A DNA stretch of 64,000 nt. Source: Escherichia coli. Lineage in GTDB: Bacteria > Pseudomonadota > Gammaproteobacteria > Enterobacterales > Enterobacteriaceae. Both the position numbers and the translations under genes were made by a program. The notes beneath the pieces were generated by a model. It did no database searches. It saw only the letters and a program-made list of their open reading frames with translations, and had not been told where the DNA came from. Shown here in pieces: positions 1-10,981 of the stretch; positions within the stretch are counted from its first letter, which is position 1, and every line of letters starts with the position of its first letter. The DNA lies in assembly GCF_050320075.1 (NCBI RefSeq), contig NZ_CP190018.1; one strand, given 5' to 3'.

Positions 1-877
<877 letters not shown>

Positions 878-979
878 TCACACTTTTTTGTCGTTAGCCA
901 GCAAGAGCCGTTTACTGTTAATCTGTCAGGGAGTGTCCTCCCTAACAGTAGCAGAGATCTGCTTTTACATATTTATGCA

Positions 980-1393
980 TTAACTGCCACGATAGGTTGA
1001 ATACCCATATTGGCTAAGTAATAAAGGCACATGATAATGCTCGTTCACTTTATTAATATGAAATTCAACGGGGATCTCAGGGAAGAAACTTTCAAGATTT
1101 TGTTTCTTGAAATAGTCCCCGGTTTTAAATACGACACGGTAATCGCCCGTAGTTGCAGTTTGCTCGGGCCACAGTGCCTTAATTCGTCCATCCTTATCTG
1201 TTTTGGCGGTATTAAGTTGTAACCAGCCGTTGTCCGCTTTCTTTTCAAGAGTGACTGTCACGTCGGCAGCGGGTTTTCCTGTTTGCTGGTTCAAAATGTG
1301 CACGCTAAGAATGTTTTGTTGTGCAGCATAGACCAAAGAAGGTAATGAAAATGCAGCCGTTACTACGGAGAGAACTAAATAACGCTTTAACAT
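980..1393 (-). CDS. hiuH: 5-hydroxyisourate hydrolase, transthyretin-like periplasmic protein
   Basis: 137-aa ORF with N-terminal signal peptide ([23 protein letters not shown]) and C-terminal YRGS motif typical of transthyretin-related proteins. Confidence 0.9.
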   Translation of the reverse strand: MLKRYLVLSVVTAAFSLPSLVYAAQQNILSVHILNQQTGKPAADVTVTLEKKADNGWLQLNTAKTDKDGRIKALWPEQTATTGDYRVVFKTGDYFKKQNLESFFPEIPVEFHINKVNEHYHVPLLLSQYGYSTYRGS

Positions 1394-1525
1394 GTTTATA
1401 TCCTTGTCATGTGAATGAGTTTTGAGGATAGCGAAAAAGCGTCCAGGGTAACCTTACAGCAGCATTACAATTTTGTAATGAACCAGGCTGTTTCTATAAC
1501 ATATGATTTATGGCATATTATTTTC

Positions 1526-2197
1526 ATGAAGATTTTACTTATTGAAGATAATCAAAGGACCCAGGAGTGGGTAACGCAGGGGCTTTCCGAAGCGGGTTAT
1601 GTCATTGATGCCGTTTCTGATGGCAGAGATGGGCTTTATCTTGCGCTGAAGGATGATTATGCATTGATCATTCTGGATATTATGCTTCCGGGTATGGATG
1701 GCTGGCAGATCTTACAAACGTTAAGAACAGCAAAGCAAACCCCTGTTATTTGCCTTACTGCAAGGGATTCTGTCGATGACAGAGTCAGAGGGCTGGACAG
1801 TGGAGCAAATGATTATCTGGTAAAACCTTTTTCATTTTCTGAGTTGCTGGCAAGGGTTCGGGCACAATTAAGGCAACATCATGCTTTGAATTCAACATTA
1901 GAAATCAGTGGCTTAAGAATGGACTCTGTTAGTCAAAGTGTGAGCAGGGACAATATCAGTATTACACTGACGCGCAAGGAGTTTCAGTTACTTTGGCTAC
2001 TGGCCTCCAGAGCTGGCGAAATTATACCCAGAACGGTTATTGCGAGTGAAATTTGGGGAATCAACTTTGATAGTGATACCAATACGGTGGACGTCGCCAT
2101 TCGCAGGCTCCGCGCAAAAGTTGATGATCCTTTTCCTGAAAAGCTAATCGCCACAATCCGGGGGATGGGCTATTCATTCGTAGCGGTAAAAAAATAA
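1526..2197 (+). CDS. hprR: Two-component response regulator HprR (YedW), OmpR family
   Basis: Receiver domain start MKILLIEDN..., winged-helix C-terminus; ATG at 1526 in frame within ORF 1415..2197; the upstream extension is probably not translated. Confidence 0.88.
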   Translation: MKILLIEDNQRTQEWVTQGLSEAGYVIDAVSDGRDGLYLALKDDYALIILDIMLPGMDGWQILQTLRTAKQTPVICLTARDSVDDRVRGLDSGANDYLVKPFSFSELLARVRAQLRQHHALNSTLEISGLRMDSVSQSVSRDNISITLTRKEFQLLWLLASRAGEIIPRTVIASEIWGINFDSDTNTVDVAIRRLRAKVDDPFPEKLIATIRGMGYSFVAVKK

Positions 2198-3555
2198 TGA
2201 AAAGATTATCTATAACCGTCCGTTTAACCTTGCTTTTTATATTGGTGCTGTCTGTTGCTGGCGCTGGAATTGTCTGGACTCTCTATAATGGCCTGGCAAG
2301 TGAGTTGAAATGGCGCGATGATACAACACTCATTAACCGGACAGCGCAGATCAAGCAGTTGTTAATTGATGGGGTAAATCCAGATACGTTACCTGTGTAC
2401 TTTAACCGGATGATGGATGTTAGTCAGGATATCTTGATCATTCATGGTGATAGCATCAACAAAATTGTTAACCGGACGAATGTCAGTGATGACATGTTAA
2501 ATAACATACCTGCTACTGAGACAATCAGCGCAGCTGGCATTTACAGAAGCATTATTAATGATACAGAGATAGATGCTTTACGAATTAATATTGATGAAGT
2601 TTCGCCATCATTAACGGTTACTGTGGCTAAATTGGCTTCAGCCAGACATAACATGCTTGAACAGTATAAAATTAATAGCATTATAATTTGCATTGTCGCC
2701 ATTATACTTTGCTCAGTATTAAGTCCGCTGTTAATCAGAACGGGGTTACGAGAGATCAAAAAGTTGAGTGGTGTAACGGAAGCGCTGAATTATAACGATA
2801 ACCGGGAGCCTGTTGAGGTTAGCGCATTACCGAGAGAACTAAAACCTCTTGGGCAGGCGTTGAATAAAATGCACCAAGCCTTAGTCAAAGATTTTGAACG
2901 CCTAAGTCAATTTGCTGACGATCTCGCTCATGAACTTAGAACGCCAATTAATGCATTACTGGGTCAGAATCAGGTTACGCTCAGTCAAACCAGAAGTATC
3001 GCTGAATATCAAAAAACAATTGCCGGAAACATTGAAGAGCTGGAAAATATTTCGCGGTTAACAGAGAACATACTGTTTCTTGCCAGGGCAGATAAAAATA
3101 ATGTTTTGGTGAAACTGGACTCGCTTTCTCTCAATAAGGAAGTCGAAAATTTGTTGGACTATCTTGAATACCTTTCAGACGAGAAAGAGATTTGCTTTAA
3201 GGTCGAGTGCAATCAGCAAATCTTTGCGGATAAAATTTTACTACAACGAATGTTATCGAATCTTATTGTTAACGCTATTCGATATTCGCCAGAAAAATCG
3301 CGCATTCTTATAACCAGTTTTCTTGATACCAACGGCTCTCTTAATATTGATATCGCCAGCCCTGGTACGAAAATTAATGAGCCTGAAAAACTCTTCCGTA
3401 GATTTTGGCGCGGAGATAATTCGCGTCATTCCGTAGGTCAGGGACTTGGTCTTTCTTTAGTCAAAGCGATTGCCGAATTGCATGGGGGAAGTGCTACGTA
3501 TCACTATCTCAATAAGCTTAATGTGTTCCGGATTACGTTACCGCAAAGAAATTAA
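2197..3555 (+). CDS. hprS: Sensor histidine kinase HprS (YedV)
   Basis: 452-aa ORF with N-terminal TM segment, H-box (ELRTPINAL) and HATPase motifs; start overlaps hprR stop (ATGA-type coupling). Confidence 0.9.
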   Translation: MKRLSITVRLTLLFILVLSVAGAGIVWTLYNGLASELKWRDDTTLINRTAQIKQLLIDGVNPDTLPVYFNRMMDVSQDILIIHGDSINKIVNRTNVSDDMLNNIPATETISAAGIYRSIINDTEIDALRINIDEVSPSLTVTVAKLASARHNMLEQYKINSIIICIVAIILCSVLSPLLIRTGLREIKKLSGVTEALNYNDNREPVEVSALPRELKPLGQALNKMHQALVKDFERLSQFADDLAHELRTPINALLGQNQVTLSQTRSIAEYQKTIAGNIEELENISRLTENILFLARADKNNVLVKLDSLSLNKEVENLLDYLEYLSDEKEICFKVECNQQIFADKILLQRMLSNLIVNAIRYSPEKSRILITSFLDTNGSLNIDIASPGTKINEPEKLFRRFWRGDNSRHSVGQGLGLSLVKAIAELHGGSATYHYLNKLNVFRITLPQRN

Positions 3556-3587
3556 CATAGGGCTTCAGTACGCCATAAATTAACCGT

Positions 3588-3625
3588 GAAAAACGCAGCC
3601 ACGTCGTGAGTATTAACGTGGCTGC
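3588..3625 (-). terminator. Hairpin plus T-run on minus strand downstream of hchA
   Basis: Inverted repeat GCAGCCACG ... CGTGGCTGC at 3595..3625, followed on the minus strand by a TTTTT run. Confidence 0.5.
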
Positions 3626-3661
3626 GATTGATTATGCGCTTACATTACAATGTAACAGGGA

Positions 3662-4513
3662 TTAACTCGAGTAAGCGGCCAGCATTTCCTGCGCCGCCAG
3701 TTTACCCAACGCATTCGCTGCGAAAGGACTGTCGCCGGTGAGAACTTTACGGTCCTTATGTACTCGCCCGGTGATGTCGTCATTAATAATGTTCATGCAC
3801 ATTTTCTTCAGCTCTTCGCCGAAGTACCAGGTGAGATGACCCGGCATATAGCCTATCTCTGGCGTTTGTTTGTCTGCGGCGTCTGGGAATGCGCAAATGG
3901 AATAACCATTCAGTGGGTTATCGCCGTGGCGAAGTGCCAGAAAAGCCGCCGGACCGTGGCAAAGGGATATAACAAAACGGTCATTTTTGATTGCCCACTG
4001 TAAAGCGGCAGCCACGTCCTGGCTTTCTGGTAAACCAATAAGTGCGCCATGACCACCAGGAACAAAGATTGCTGCATATTCGCTGTCAGCGTTGAGGCTG
4101 GCGACAACATCCGCGAGTTTATTCGGATTGCGGAACAACGATTTATGCTGCTCAAAGAATGGCATTACTTTTTCATCTTTGTGTGGCATAGCCCAGTATT
4201 CAAACTTGGTCATCAGACCGGAAATGGTCGCCACTTCGAATTCGAAACCTGCAGCATGGAGATGATACAACGGCAGCAACGTTTCAATCGGATGGTTACC
4301 GGTCGAAAACAGTTTGCCGTTATCGGTCGGCAAATAACGTTCGTCCGCGGCGATCACCAGAATTTTATGTTTACCACGATAAGGTTTTGGGTAGTCCACG
4401 CCATCAAGATCAGAGACAGGACTAGTATATTGGCTAAGCGAATATTCTGAAGGGAAGAATGCATTATCTTCAGCAATATCGACCTGCGGATTTTTACTTG
4501 TTTGAACAGTCAT
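3662..4513 (-). CDS. hchA: Hsp31 glyoxalase / molecular chaperone (DJ-1/PfpI family)
   Basis: 283-aa ORF; conserved region ...FVISLCHGPAAFLALRHG... with the catalytic-cysteine context of Hsp31. Confidence 0.92.
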   Translation of the reverse strand: MTVQTSKNPQVDIAEDNAFFPSEYSLSQYTSPVSDLDGVDYPKPYRGKHKILVIAADERYLPTDNGKLFSTGNHPIETLLPLYHLHAAGFEFEVATISGLMTKFEYWAMPHKDEKVMPFFEQHKSLFRNPNKLADVVASLNADSEYAAIFVPGGHGALIGLPESQDVAAALQWAIKNDRFVISLCHGPAAFLALRHGDNPLNGYSICAFPDAADKQTPEIGYMPGHLTWYFGEELKKMCMNIINDDITGRVHKDRKVLTGDSPFAANALGKLAAQEMLAAYSS

Positions 4514-5023
4514 AGTGTATTCCTTATTGTTGCTTAGTTAGGGTAGTCACTATATTTGCGACTGAGCTGGTCGCTATTTTTAACCAGGCTGGAAAATTGA
4601 GTCAATATATCGAAAGCGGTAGTCGGCGGGTGTAAGTATGTAATGATGATGCTGCACTGGTGTTGAATATTATTCACGCCAAATTTTCCTTATTGAGCAA
4701 CGTCGTCGCAAGTGGCCTCAATGATTTTAGACCATTATCAGAGGTCCGGGGCGGCAGGGAGAGATTTAGTGCTGTGGAATATTGTGGTGCTGATGAATAT
4801 TTATATCCCGGATTGGTAGAGAAAAAGCTTTTTCCATGCACTTTTTTTGCAAATATTTCTGTATGGGAGGCGGTTTTGTTGCAGATTAATTCATAAAGAA
4901 ATGCATTTGGGTGTTGGCTGGAAGAGTCGCGGGTAGATGTTATTGTGCCAGCAGGGGCAGGGTAAGGTACTGTATCGATATGCTTTGGCAATTGCATGTG
5001 CCGCAGAGGGAGATGAAATGCCA

Positions 5024-5060
5024 ATAAAAAAGCCTGAGTTCGATGAGGGACGAACTCAGG
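5024..5060 (-). terminator. Rho-independent terminator of the yedS porin gene
   Basis: Perfect inverted repeat GCCTGAGTTCG / CGAACTCAGGC with an A6 tract on + strand (T6 on minus) directly downstream of the porin stop. Confidence 0.65.
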
Positions 5061-5104
5061 CTAGTGTTAACTTTTACAGTAACACGCCGCGGCGCGTTGG
5101 CTGA

Positions 5105-6298
5105 TTAGAACTGGTAGACTAAGCCCACAGCAACGATATCATCGGTAGCGATGCCGTTTGCTTTGTAGAAGTCGTCGTCGTTGTCCAGCAGGTTGATTTT
5201 GTAATCAACGTAGGTGGACATGTTTTTGTTGAAGTAGTAAGTCGCACCAATATCAACGTATTTAACCAGATCTTTATTGGTGTAACGTGGGTCGCCGTTG
5301 CCGTCATGAGCCCAACCACCTAAATCCTTACCTTTAGATTGCAGGTAAGCGATGGACGGGCGTAGGCCGAAGTCGAACTGATACTGAGCAACAACTTCAA
5401 AGTTTTGGGTTTTGTTCGCAATACCACCTCTGTCAATGTCGTTATTGTCTTTTCCGCTGCCATATGCAGTCATATTACGTGTTTCTGCATACATTGCCGC
5501 TAAATAGACATTATTCGCATCATATTTAGCACCGACTGTCCATGCTTCAGCTGTTTCACCACCAGCATATTTATTCGAGCGTTGCTCACCTAAACCAGTA
5601 GCACGTTGGTTATCAGTACGGTCAGAGTTTGAATATGCAGCCCCGAGGCTTAACCCGAAGTCAAAGTCATAGGAAGTGGACATACCGAAACCGTCACCAT
5701 TTTCTTTAGACAGTTTACGATTATTACCATTACCAGAACCTTCTTGATCCCAAAGCCCACCCGATCCTTCATTATTACCCTGATATTGCAGAGCAAAGTT
5801 CAGGCCATCGACCTGACCAAAGAAGCCATTGTTACGGTAGGTTGCAACACCATTAGCACGACCGTTCAGGAAGTTGTCGGCACCAGCATAGGTATCGCCA
5901 CCAAATTCTGGCAGCATATCGGTCCATGCTTCAATGTCATATACGACACCGTAGTTACGACCATAGTCGAAAGTACCATTCTGACCAAAGCCTAAACCTG
6001 CAAATGCCAGACGCGTTGCGGGATTACCTTTGTCGCTTTCAGGACCGTTTGCGCCAATGTTAAATTCCCACTGACCATAACCAGTGAATTGGTCAGCGAT
6101 CTGAGTTTCACCTTTGAAACCGATACGGGCATATGACATGTCGCCATCGCTGCCAGCATCATCAGAGAAGTAGTGCAGGCCCGCTACTTTTCCGTACAAA
6201 TCCAGTTTATTACCATCTTTATTATAGACTTCAGCCGCATTTGCTGCGCCAGCAACTAATAACGCCGGGACCAGCATTGCCAGAACTTTTCTTTTCAT
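5105..6298 (-). CDS. yedS: Outer-membrane general porin, OmpC/OmpF family (YedS), apparently intact
   Basis: Signal peptide [21 protein letters not shown], aromatic/Gly-rich beta-barrel repeats, C-terminal ...VGLVYQF; start taken at the MKRKVL Met (6298) inside the longer ORF 5105..6328. Confidence 0.85.
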   Translation of the reverse strand: MKRKVLAMLVPALLVAGAANAAEVYNKDGNKLDLYGKVAGLHYFSDDAGSDGDMSYARIGFKGETQIADQFTGYGQWEFNIGANGPESDKGNPATRLAFAGLGFGQNGTFDYGRNYGVVYDIEAWTDMLPEFGGDTYAGADNFLNGRANGVATYRNNGFFGQVDGLNFALQYQGNNEGSGGLWDQEGSGNGNNRKLSKENGDGFGMSTSYDFDFGLSLGAAYSNSDRTDNQRATGLGEQRSNKYAGGETAEAWTVGAKYDANNVYLAAMYAETRNMTAYGSGKDNNDIDRGGIANKTQNFEVVAQYQFDFGLRPSIAYLQSKGKDLGGWAHDGNGDPRYTNKDLVKYVDIGATYYFNKNMSTYVDYKINLLDNDDDFYKANGIATDDIVAVGLVYQF

Positions 6299-6610
6299 TA
6301 TGTATTCCCTTGTGATTATAATCTTCATGAATATATCAATAAGTGCCGTTATCCAAAAAAAAGCACATTTGGATACTATTCTATGAAGTTCATTTTATTT
6401 TAAAGATTACATGTAACAAATATATTTAAAAGATTTCAAAATGTTTCTAATCTATTTAATATAATTCAGAATTATGAATTCTAAATATAAATATTCATGA
6501 AAATTATAAATGTATATCAATATGTTATGAGTTGAGCGGAAACATAGGGGGTATCAATGATTGTTGCGCCAAACGGCTGGTGTGATCACGCGCACATTAA
6601 TGAAGGCATA

Positions 6611-6701
6611 AAAAAAGCCGGCATCATGCCGGCCCAAAAAAAATAAACAAGACGATAAAAGGCTAATAACGGAAGCATCATGACACAGAATAATAAAAAG
6701 G
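6611..6701 (-). ncRNA. rseX: Candidate small RNA ending in an intrinsic terminator; position fits RseX, which I recall lying between yedR and yedS
   Basis: Hairpin GCCGGCATGATGCCGGC (6618..6634) flanked by T-runs on the minus strand, in the divergent yedR-yedS intergenic region. 3' end supported by sequence; 5' end placed by assumed ~90 nt length. Confidence 0.4.
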
Positions 6702-6872
6702 TATAATTGTAATCAGTGCTAATATATTGATTGAATGAATTAATAAAGCCGATATCAAAGATAAATAAAATCGCTCAAAACGATTTTTCCTGTATTCACT
6801 GCCGTTGCGCAAAAATTATCTATTTGTTCAAAAAATGATTGAGTCTTGACTGGCTCATCCAATGTGGAAAAA

Positions 6873-6888
6873 TGTGACTTTTATCACA
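6873..6888. promoter_or_regulatory. Consensus CRP-binding site (TGTGA-N6-TCACA)
   Basis: Sequence TGTGACTTTTATCACA read directly; perfect match to both CRP half-sites, upstream of or within the 5' region of yedR. Confidence 0.55.
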
Positions 6889-6926
6889 TAATAGTACTAA
6901 GTCTGAATTTTCCGGGTTATCTCAAA

Positions 6927-7229
6927 ATGGAATACGGTTCGACAAAGATGGAAGAGAGACTCTCTCGCAGCCCTGGCGGCAAATTGGCTTTGTGGGCTTT
7001 CTATACATGGTGTGGCTATTTCGTCTGGGCAATGGCGCGTTACATCTGGGTGATGAGCCGGATCCCTGATGCCCCGGTGTCGGGATTTGAAAGCGATTTA
7101 GGCTCTACCGCGGGAAAGTGGTTAGGGGCACTGGTCGGATTTTTATTTATGGCTCTGGTCGGGGCATTGTTAGGCAGCATTGCCTGGTATACCCGACCTC
7201 GTCCCGCACGTAGCAGACGCTATGAATAA
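6927..7229 (+). CDS. yedR: Small inner-membrane protein YedR
   Basis: ORF 6846..7229 with two predicted TM helices; start uncertain (TTG 6846, GTG 6864, ATG 6927 or ATG 6948). ATG 6927 chosen because the CRP-like site lies upstream of it. Confidence 0.6.
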   Translation: MEYGSTKMEERLSRSPGGKLALWAFYTWCGYFVWAMARYIWVMSRIPDAPVSGFESDLGSTAGKWLGALVGFLFMALVGALLGSIAWYTRPRPARSRRYE

Positions 7230-7268
7230 AAACTGCTAAGGTTGCGACTCTTTGGCAACGGAGCGCGT

Positions 7269-7964
7269 ATGGACTTACAACACTGGCAGACACAGTTCGA
7301 AAACTGGTTGAAAAACCATCATCAGCACCAGGACGCGGCCCATGACGTATGTCATTTTCGCCGCGTCTGGGCTACGGCACAGAAGCTGGCGGCAGATGAC
7401 GATGTCGATATGCTGGTGATTTTAACCGCCTGTTATTTTCACGATATTGTGAGCCTGGCGAAAAATCATCCGCAACGGCAGCGTTCTTCAATCCTGGCGG
7501 CAGAAGAGACGCGTCGCCTGCTCCGTGAAGAGTTCGTGCAATTTCCGGCGGAGAAAATCGAGGCCGTTTGTCATGCCATTGCCGCTCACAGTTTCAGCGC
7601 GCAAATCGCCCCCTTAACAACGGAAGCTAAAATCGTCCAGGATGCGGATCGGCTGGAAGCCCTGGGTGCGATTGGCCTGGCGCGCGTGTTTGCTGTTTCA
7701 GGGGCATTGGGCGTGGCGCTGTTTGATGGTGAAGATCCGTTCGCACAGCATCGCCCGCTTGATGATAAACGCTACGCGCTGGATCATTTCCAGACTAAGT
7801 TGCTGAAGCTACCGCAAACCATGCAAACCGCAAGAGGCAAGCAGCTGGCGCAGCACAACGCGCAATTTTTAGTCGAGTTTATGGCGAAGCTCAGTGCCGA
7901 ACTGGCGGGGGAGAATGAAGGTGTCGATCACAAGGTGATAGATGCGTTTTCACCCGCGGGCTGA
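7269..7964 (+). CDS. yedJ: HD-domain phosphohydrolase YedJ
   Basis: 231-aa product starting [13 protein letters not shown]...; HD motif (YFHDIV) and downstream [12 protein letters not shown]. Confidence 0.9.
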   Translation: MDLQHWQTQFENWLKNHHQHQDAAHDVCHFRRVWATAQKLAADDDVDMLVILTACYFHDIVSLAKNHPQRQRSSILAAEETRRLLREEFVQFPAEKIEAVCHAIAAHSFSAQIAPLTTEAKIVQDADRLEALGAIGLARVFAVSGALGVALFDGEDPFAQHRPLDDKRYALDHFQTKLLKLPQTMQTARGKQLAQHNAQFLVEFMAKLSAELAGENEGVDHKVIDAFSPAG

Positions 7965-8030
7965 GCGCGTGGCCCTAAATGGCTGTAATTATGTTAACCT
8001 GTCGGCCATCTCAGATGGCCGGTTAAATCT

Positions 8031-9449
8031 ATGCAGGAAAATATATCAGTAACCGATTCATACAGCACCGGGAATGCCGCACAGGCAATGCTGGAGAAAC
8101 TGCTGCAAATTTATGATGCTAAAACGCTGGTGGCGCAGCTTAATGGTGTGGGTGAGAATCACTGGAGCGCGGCAATTTTAAAACGTGCGCTGGCGAATGA
8201 CTCGGCATGGCACCGTTTAAGTGAGAAAGAGTTCGCCCATCTGCAAACGTTGCTACCCAAACCACCGGCACATCATCCGCATTATGCGTTTCGCTTTATC
8301 GATCTGTTTGCCGGAATTGGCGGCATCCGTCGCGGTTTTGAATCGATTGGCGGACAGTGCGTGTTTACCAGCGAATGGAACAAACATGCGGTACGCACTT
8401 ATAAAGCCAATCATTATTGCGACCCGGCGACGCATCATTTTAATGAAGATATCCGCGACATCACCCTCAGCCATAAAGAAGGCGTGAGTGATGAGGCGGC
8501 GGCGGAACATATTCGTCAACACATTCCTGAACACGATGTATTACTGGCGGGTTTTCCTTGTCAGCCATTTTCGCTGGCTGGCGTATCGAAAAAGAACTCG
8601 CTCGGGCGGGCGCACGGTTTTGCCTGTGATACCCAGGGCACGCTGTTCTTTGATGTGGTGCGTATTATCGACGCGCGTCGACCGGCGATTTTTGTGCTCG
8701 AAAACGTCAAAAACCTGAAAAGCCACGACCAGGGTAAAACGTTCCGCATCATCATGCAGACGCTGGACGAACTGGGCTATGACGTGGCCGACGCAGACGA
8801 TAACGGGCCGGACGATCCGAAAATCATCGATGGCAAACATTTTCTGCCGCAGCACCGTGAACGCATCGTGCTGGTGGGTTTTCGTCGCGATCTGAATCTG
8901 AAAGCCGATTTTACTCTGCGTGATATCAGCAAATATTTCCCTGCACAGCGAGTGACGCTGGCGCAGCTGCTGGACCCGATGGTCGAGGCGAAATATATCC
9001 TGACGCCGGTACTGTGGAAGTACCTCTATCGATATGCGAAAAAACATCAGGCGCGCGGTAACGGCTTCGGTTATGGAATGGTTTATCCGAACAATCCGCA
9101 AAGCGTCACGCGTACGCTGTCTGCGCGTTATTACAAAGATGGCGCGGAAATTTTAATCGATCGCGGTTGGGATATGGCCACGGGTGAGAAAGACTTTGAC
9201 GATCCGCTGAATCAGCAACATCGCCCACGTCGGTTAACGCCTCGTGAATGCGCGCGTTTAATGGGGTTTGAAGCGCCGGGAGAAGCGAAATTCCGCATTC
9301 CGGTTTCGGACACTCAGGCCTATCGCCAGTTCGGTAACTCGGTGGTCGTACCGGTCTTTGCCGCGGTGGCAAAACTGCTTGAGCCAAAAATCAAACAGGC
9401 GGTGGCGTTGCGTCAGCAAGAGGCACAACATGGCCGACGTTCACGATAA
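8031..9449 (+). CDS. dcm: DNA-cytosine C5-methyltransferase Dcm
   Basis: 472 aa; motif I FAGIGG, catalytic PCQ motif ([11 protein letters not shown]), ENV motif (FVLENVKNL). Confidence 0.95.
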   Translation: MQENISVTDSYSTGNAAQAMLEKLLQIYDAKTLVAQLNGVGENHWSAAILKRALANDSAWHRLSEKEFAHLQTLLPKPPAHHPHYAFRFIDLFAGIGGIRRGFESIGGQCVFTSEWNKHAVRTYKANHYCDPATHHFNEDIRDITLSHKEGVSDEAAAEHIRQHIPEHDVLLAGFPCQPFSLAGVSKKNSLGRAHGFACDTQGTLFFDVVRIIDARRPAIFVLENVKNLKSHDQGKTFRIIMQTLDELGYDVADADDNGPDDPKIIDGKHFLPQHRERIVLVGFRRDLNLKADFTLRDISKYFPAQRVTLAQLLDPMVEAKYILTPVLWKYLYRYAKKHQARGNGFGYGMVYPNNPQSVTRTLSARYYKDGAEILIDRGWDMATGEKDFDDPLNQQHRPRRLTPRECARLMGFEAPGEAKFRIPVSDTQAYRQFGNSVVVPVFAAVAKLLEPKIKQAVALRQQEAQHGRRSR

Positions 9450-9900
9450 GGCCACTCGCAGCAAAAATATGCGCGCGATTGCTACGCGTGATACGGCGAT
9501 TGAGAAGCGCCTCGCCAGTCTGTTAACCGGGCAGGGCCTGGCATTTCGCGTTCAGGACGCGGATCTCCCCGGACGCCCGGATTTTGTCGTTGATGAATAT
9601 CGCTGCGTGATATTTACCCACGGCTGCTTCTGGCATCATCATCACTGCTATCTGTTTAAAGTGCCTGAGACACGAACCGAGTTCTGGCTGGAGAAGATAG
9701 GTAAAAATGTTGAGCGCGATCGCCGCGATATCAGTCGCTTGCAGGAACTCGGCTGGCGCGTATTGATTGTCTGGGAGTGCGCGTTACGTGGGCGCGAGAA
9801 GCTGAAGGATGAAGCGCTTACCGAGCGTCTGGAAGAGTGGATCTGCGGCGAAGGTGCCAGCGCGCAGATCGACACGCAGGGGATTCATTTACTCGCTTGA
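9430..9900 (+). CDS. vsr: Very-short-patch repair endonuclease Vsr
   Basis: 156-aa frame starting [22 protein letters not shown]..., overlapping the 3' end of dcm by 20 nt in another frame (the ORF-track upstream extension is ignored). Confidence 0.93.
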   Translation: MADVHDKATRSKNMRAIATRDTAIEKRLASLLTGQGLAFRVQDADLPGRPDFVVDEYRCVIFTHGCFWHHHHCYLFKVPETRTEFWLEKIGKNVERDRRDISRLQELGWRVLIVWECALRGREKLKDEALTERLEEWICGEGASAQIDTQGIHLLA

Positions 9901-10809
9901 TGCGTCCTGAATAACTGGCGCAACTACGGGTTTTGCCGGGAAGAGATATTTTCCCAACGTGACCAGTACCACCGCGAAGACAATTACGCCGAGCGCCAGC
10001 CATTCAATCTTCGACAGCGTCTCTCCGCCCAGTCCCGTACCCAGCAAGACCGCGACCACCGGGTTAACGTAGGCGTAGCTGGTGGCGAGAGCCGGACTGA
10101 CGTTGCGGATTAAATACATATAAGCGTTAATGGCGATAATCGAACCAAACAGCGCCAGATAGCCGACCGCAAGGAAGCCTGAAAGGGAAGGGAGCGCCGT
10201 CAGTTTTTCACCTGCAATCATCGACGCGATCATTAACACCACGCCTGCTGCCAGCATCTCAATCGCACCCGCCATCATCCCTACAGGTAATGTAATGCGC
10301 GAGCCATAAACCGAGCCAAACGCCCAGCTAATCGAGCCGATTAAAATCAGAATCGCGCCCCACGGATTGCCGCTTAAATTTCCACCGCTATTGAGCATGA
10401 TGATTCCGGCAAGCCCAATGGCGATACCCACCCATTCCAGTTTGCGCGTTTTAATGCCAAATAGGCGGCTGAAGCACAAGGTAAAGAGAGGCACGGTTGC
10501 AACCACTACGGCGGCGATGCCGGAAGGAACATTTTGATGTTCGGCAACCGTTACCATGCCATTACCGACAGCCAGCAATAACAGGCCAATCAGCGCGGCA
10601 TTGAGCAGCGGACGTAGCGGGGGGAGTTTGTGTCCGCGCAGTAGCAAAAATGCCAGCAATAAAATACCGGCTGCCAGGAATCGCACGCCCGCCATCATTA
10701 ACGGCGGCCAGCTTTCCACGCCAATCCGAATGACAAAATAGGTTGAGCCCCAAATGATATACAACGCAAACAACGCGCCAAAAAGCGGTAACAACTGGCG
10801 GAAACGCAT
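9889..10809 (-). CDS. yedA: EamA/DMT-family inner-membrane transporter YedA
   Basis: 306-aa polytopic membrane ORF with duplicated EamA-like halves; 3' end overlaps the vsr 3' end by 12 nt (convergent). Confidence 0.9.
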   Translation of the reverse strand: MRFRQLLPLFGALFALYIIWGSTYFVIRIGVESWPPLMMAGVRFLAAGILLLAFLLLRGHKLPPLRPLLNAALIGLLLLAVGNGMVTVAEHQNVPSGIAAVVVATVPLFTLCFSRLFGIKTRKLEWVGIAIGLAGIIMLNSGGNLSGNPWGAILILIGSISWAFGSVYGSRITLPVGMMAGAIEMLAAGVVLMIASMIAGEKLTALPSLSGFLAVGYLALFGSIIAINAYMYLIRNVSPALATSYAYVNPVVAVLLGTGLGGETLSKIEWLALGVIVFAVVLVTLGKYLFPAKPVVAPVIQDASSE

Positions 10810-10981
10810 AATCCCTCACGGTGGAAATAAAAAGGTGGTTCATAGTAAACGTGAAAATCATTCTGCTGGCGAGAGATATAATTGCACTTGATTGTTAAAA
10901 AAATGTTGACCTGTGAAGCAAGTATCAGAGCTGCCGTTTTTGCTTCATACTTACACCCTTCAACAATAAAAATGAGAGGGA

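Noticed and set aside
1415-1525. N-terminal extension of hprR (260-aa ORF)
   Set aside because: The response-regulator receiver domain begins at MKILLIEDN; the upstream part has no recognisable domain and overlaps the divergent hiuH promoter region.
4049-4450. 133-aa + strand ORF antisense to hchA
   Set aside because: Embedded in hchA on the opposite strand; no motifs.
6300-6850. AT-rich 550-bp region upstream of yedS as a possible foreign insertion
   Set aside because: Long AT-rich upstream regulatory regions are normal for enterobacterial porin genes, so this is interpreted as promoter/regulatory DNA rather than an island; only the embedded terminator hairpin was kept as a finding.
8541-9101. 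186-aa minus-strand ORF inside dcm
   Set aside because: Fully embedded antisense to the conserved methyltransferase gene; no independent signals.
9268-9429. Upstream extension of the vsr frame (210-aa ORF from 9268)
   Set aside because: The extension runs through dcm coding sequence; Vsr-like sequence begins at MADVHDK (9430).
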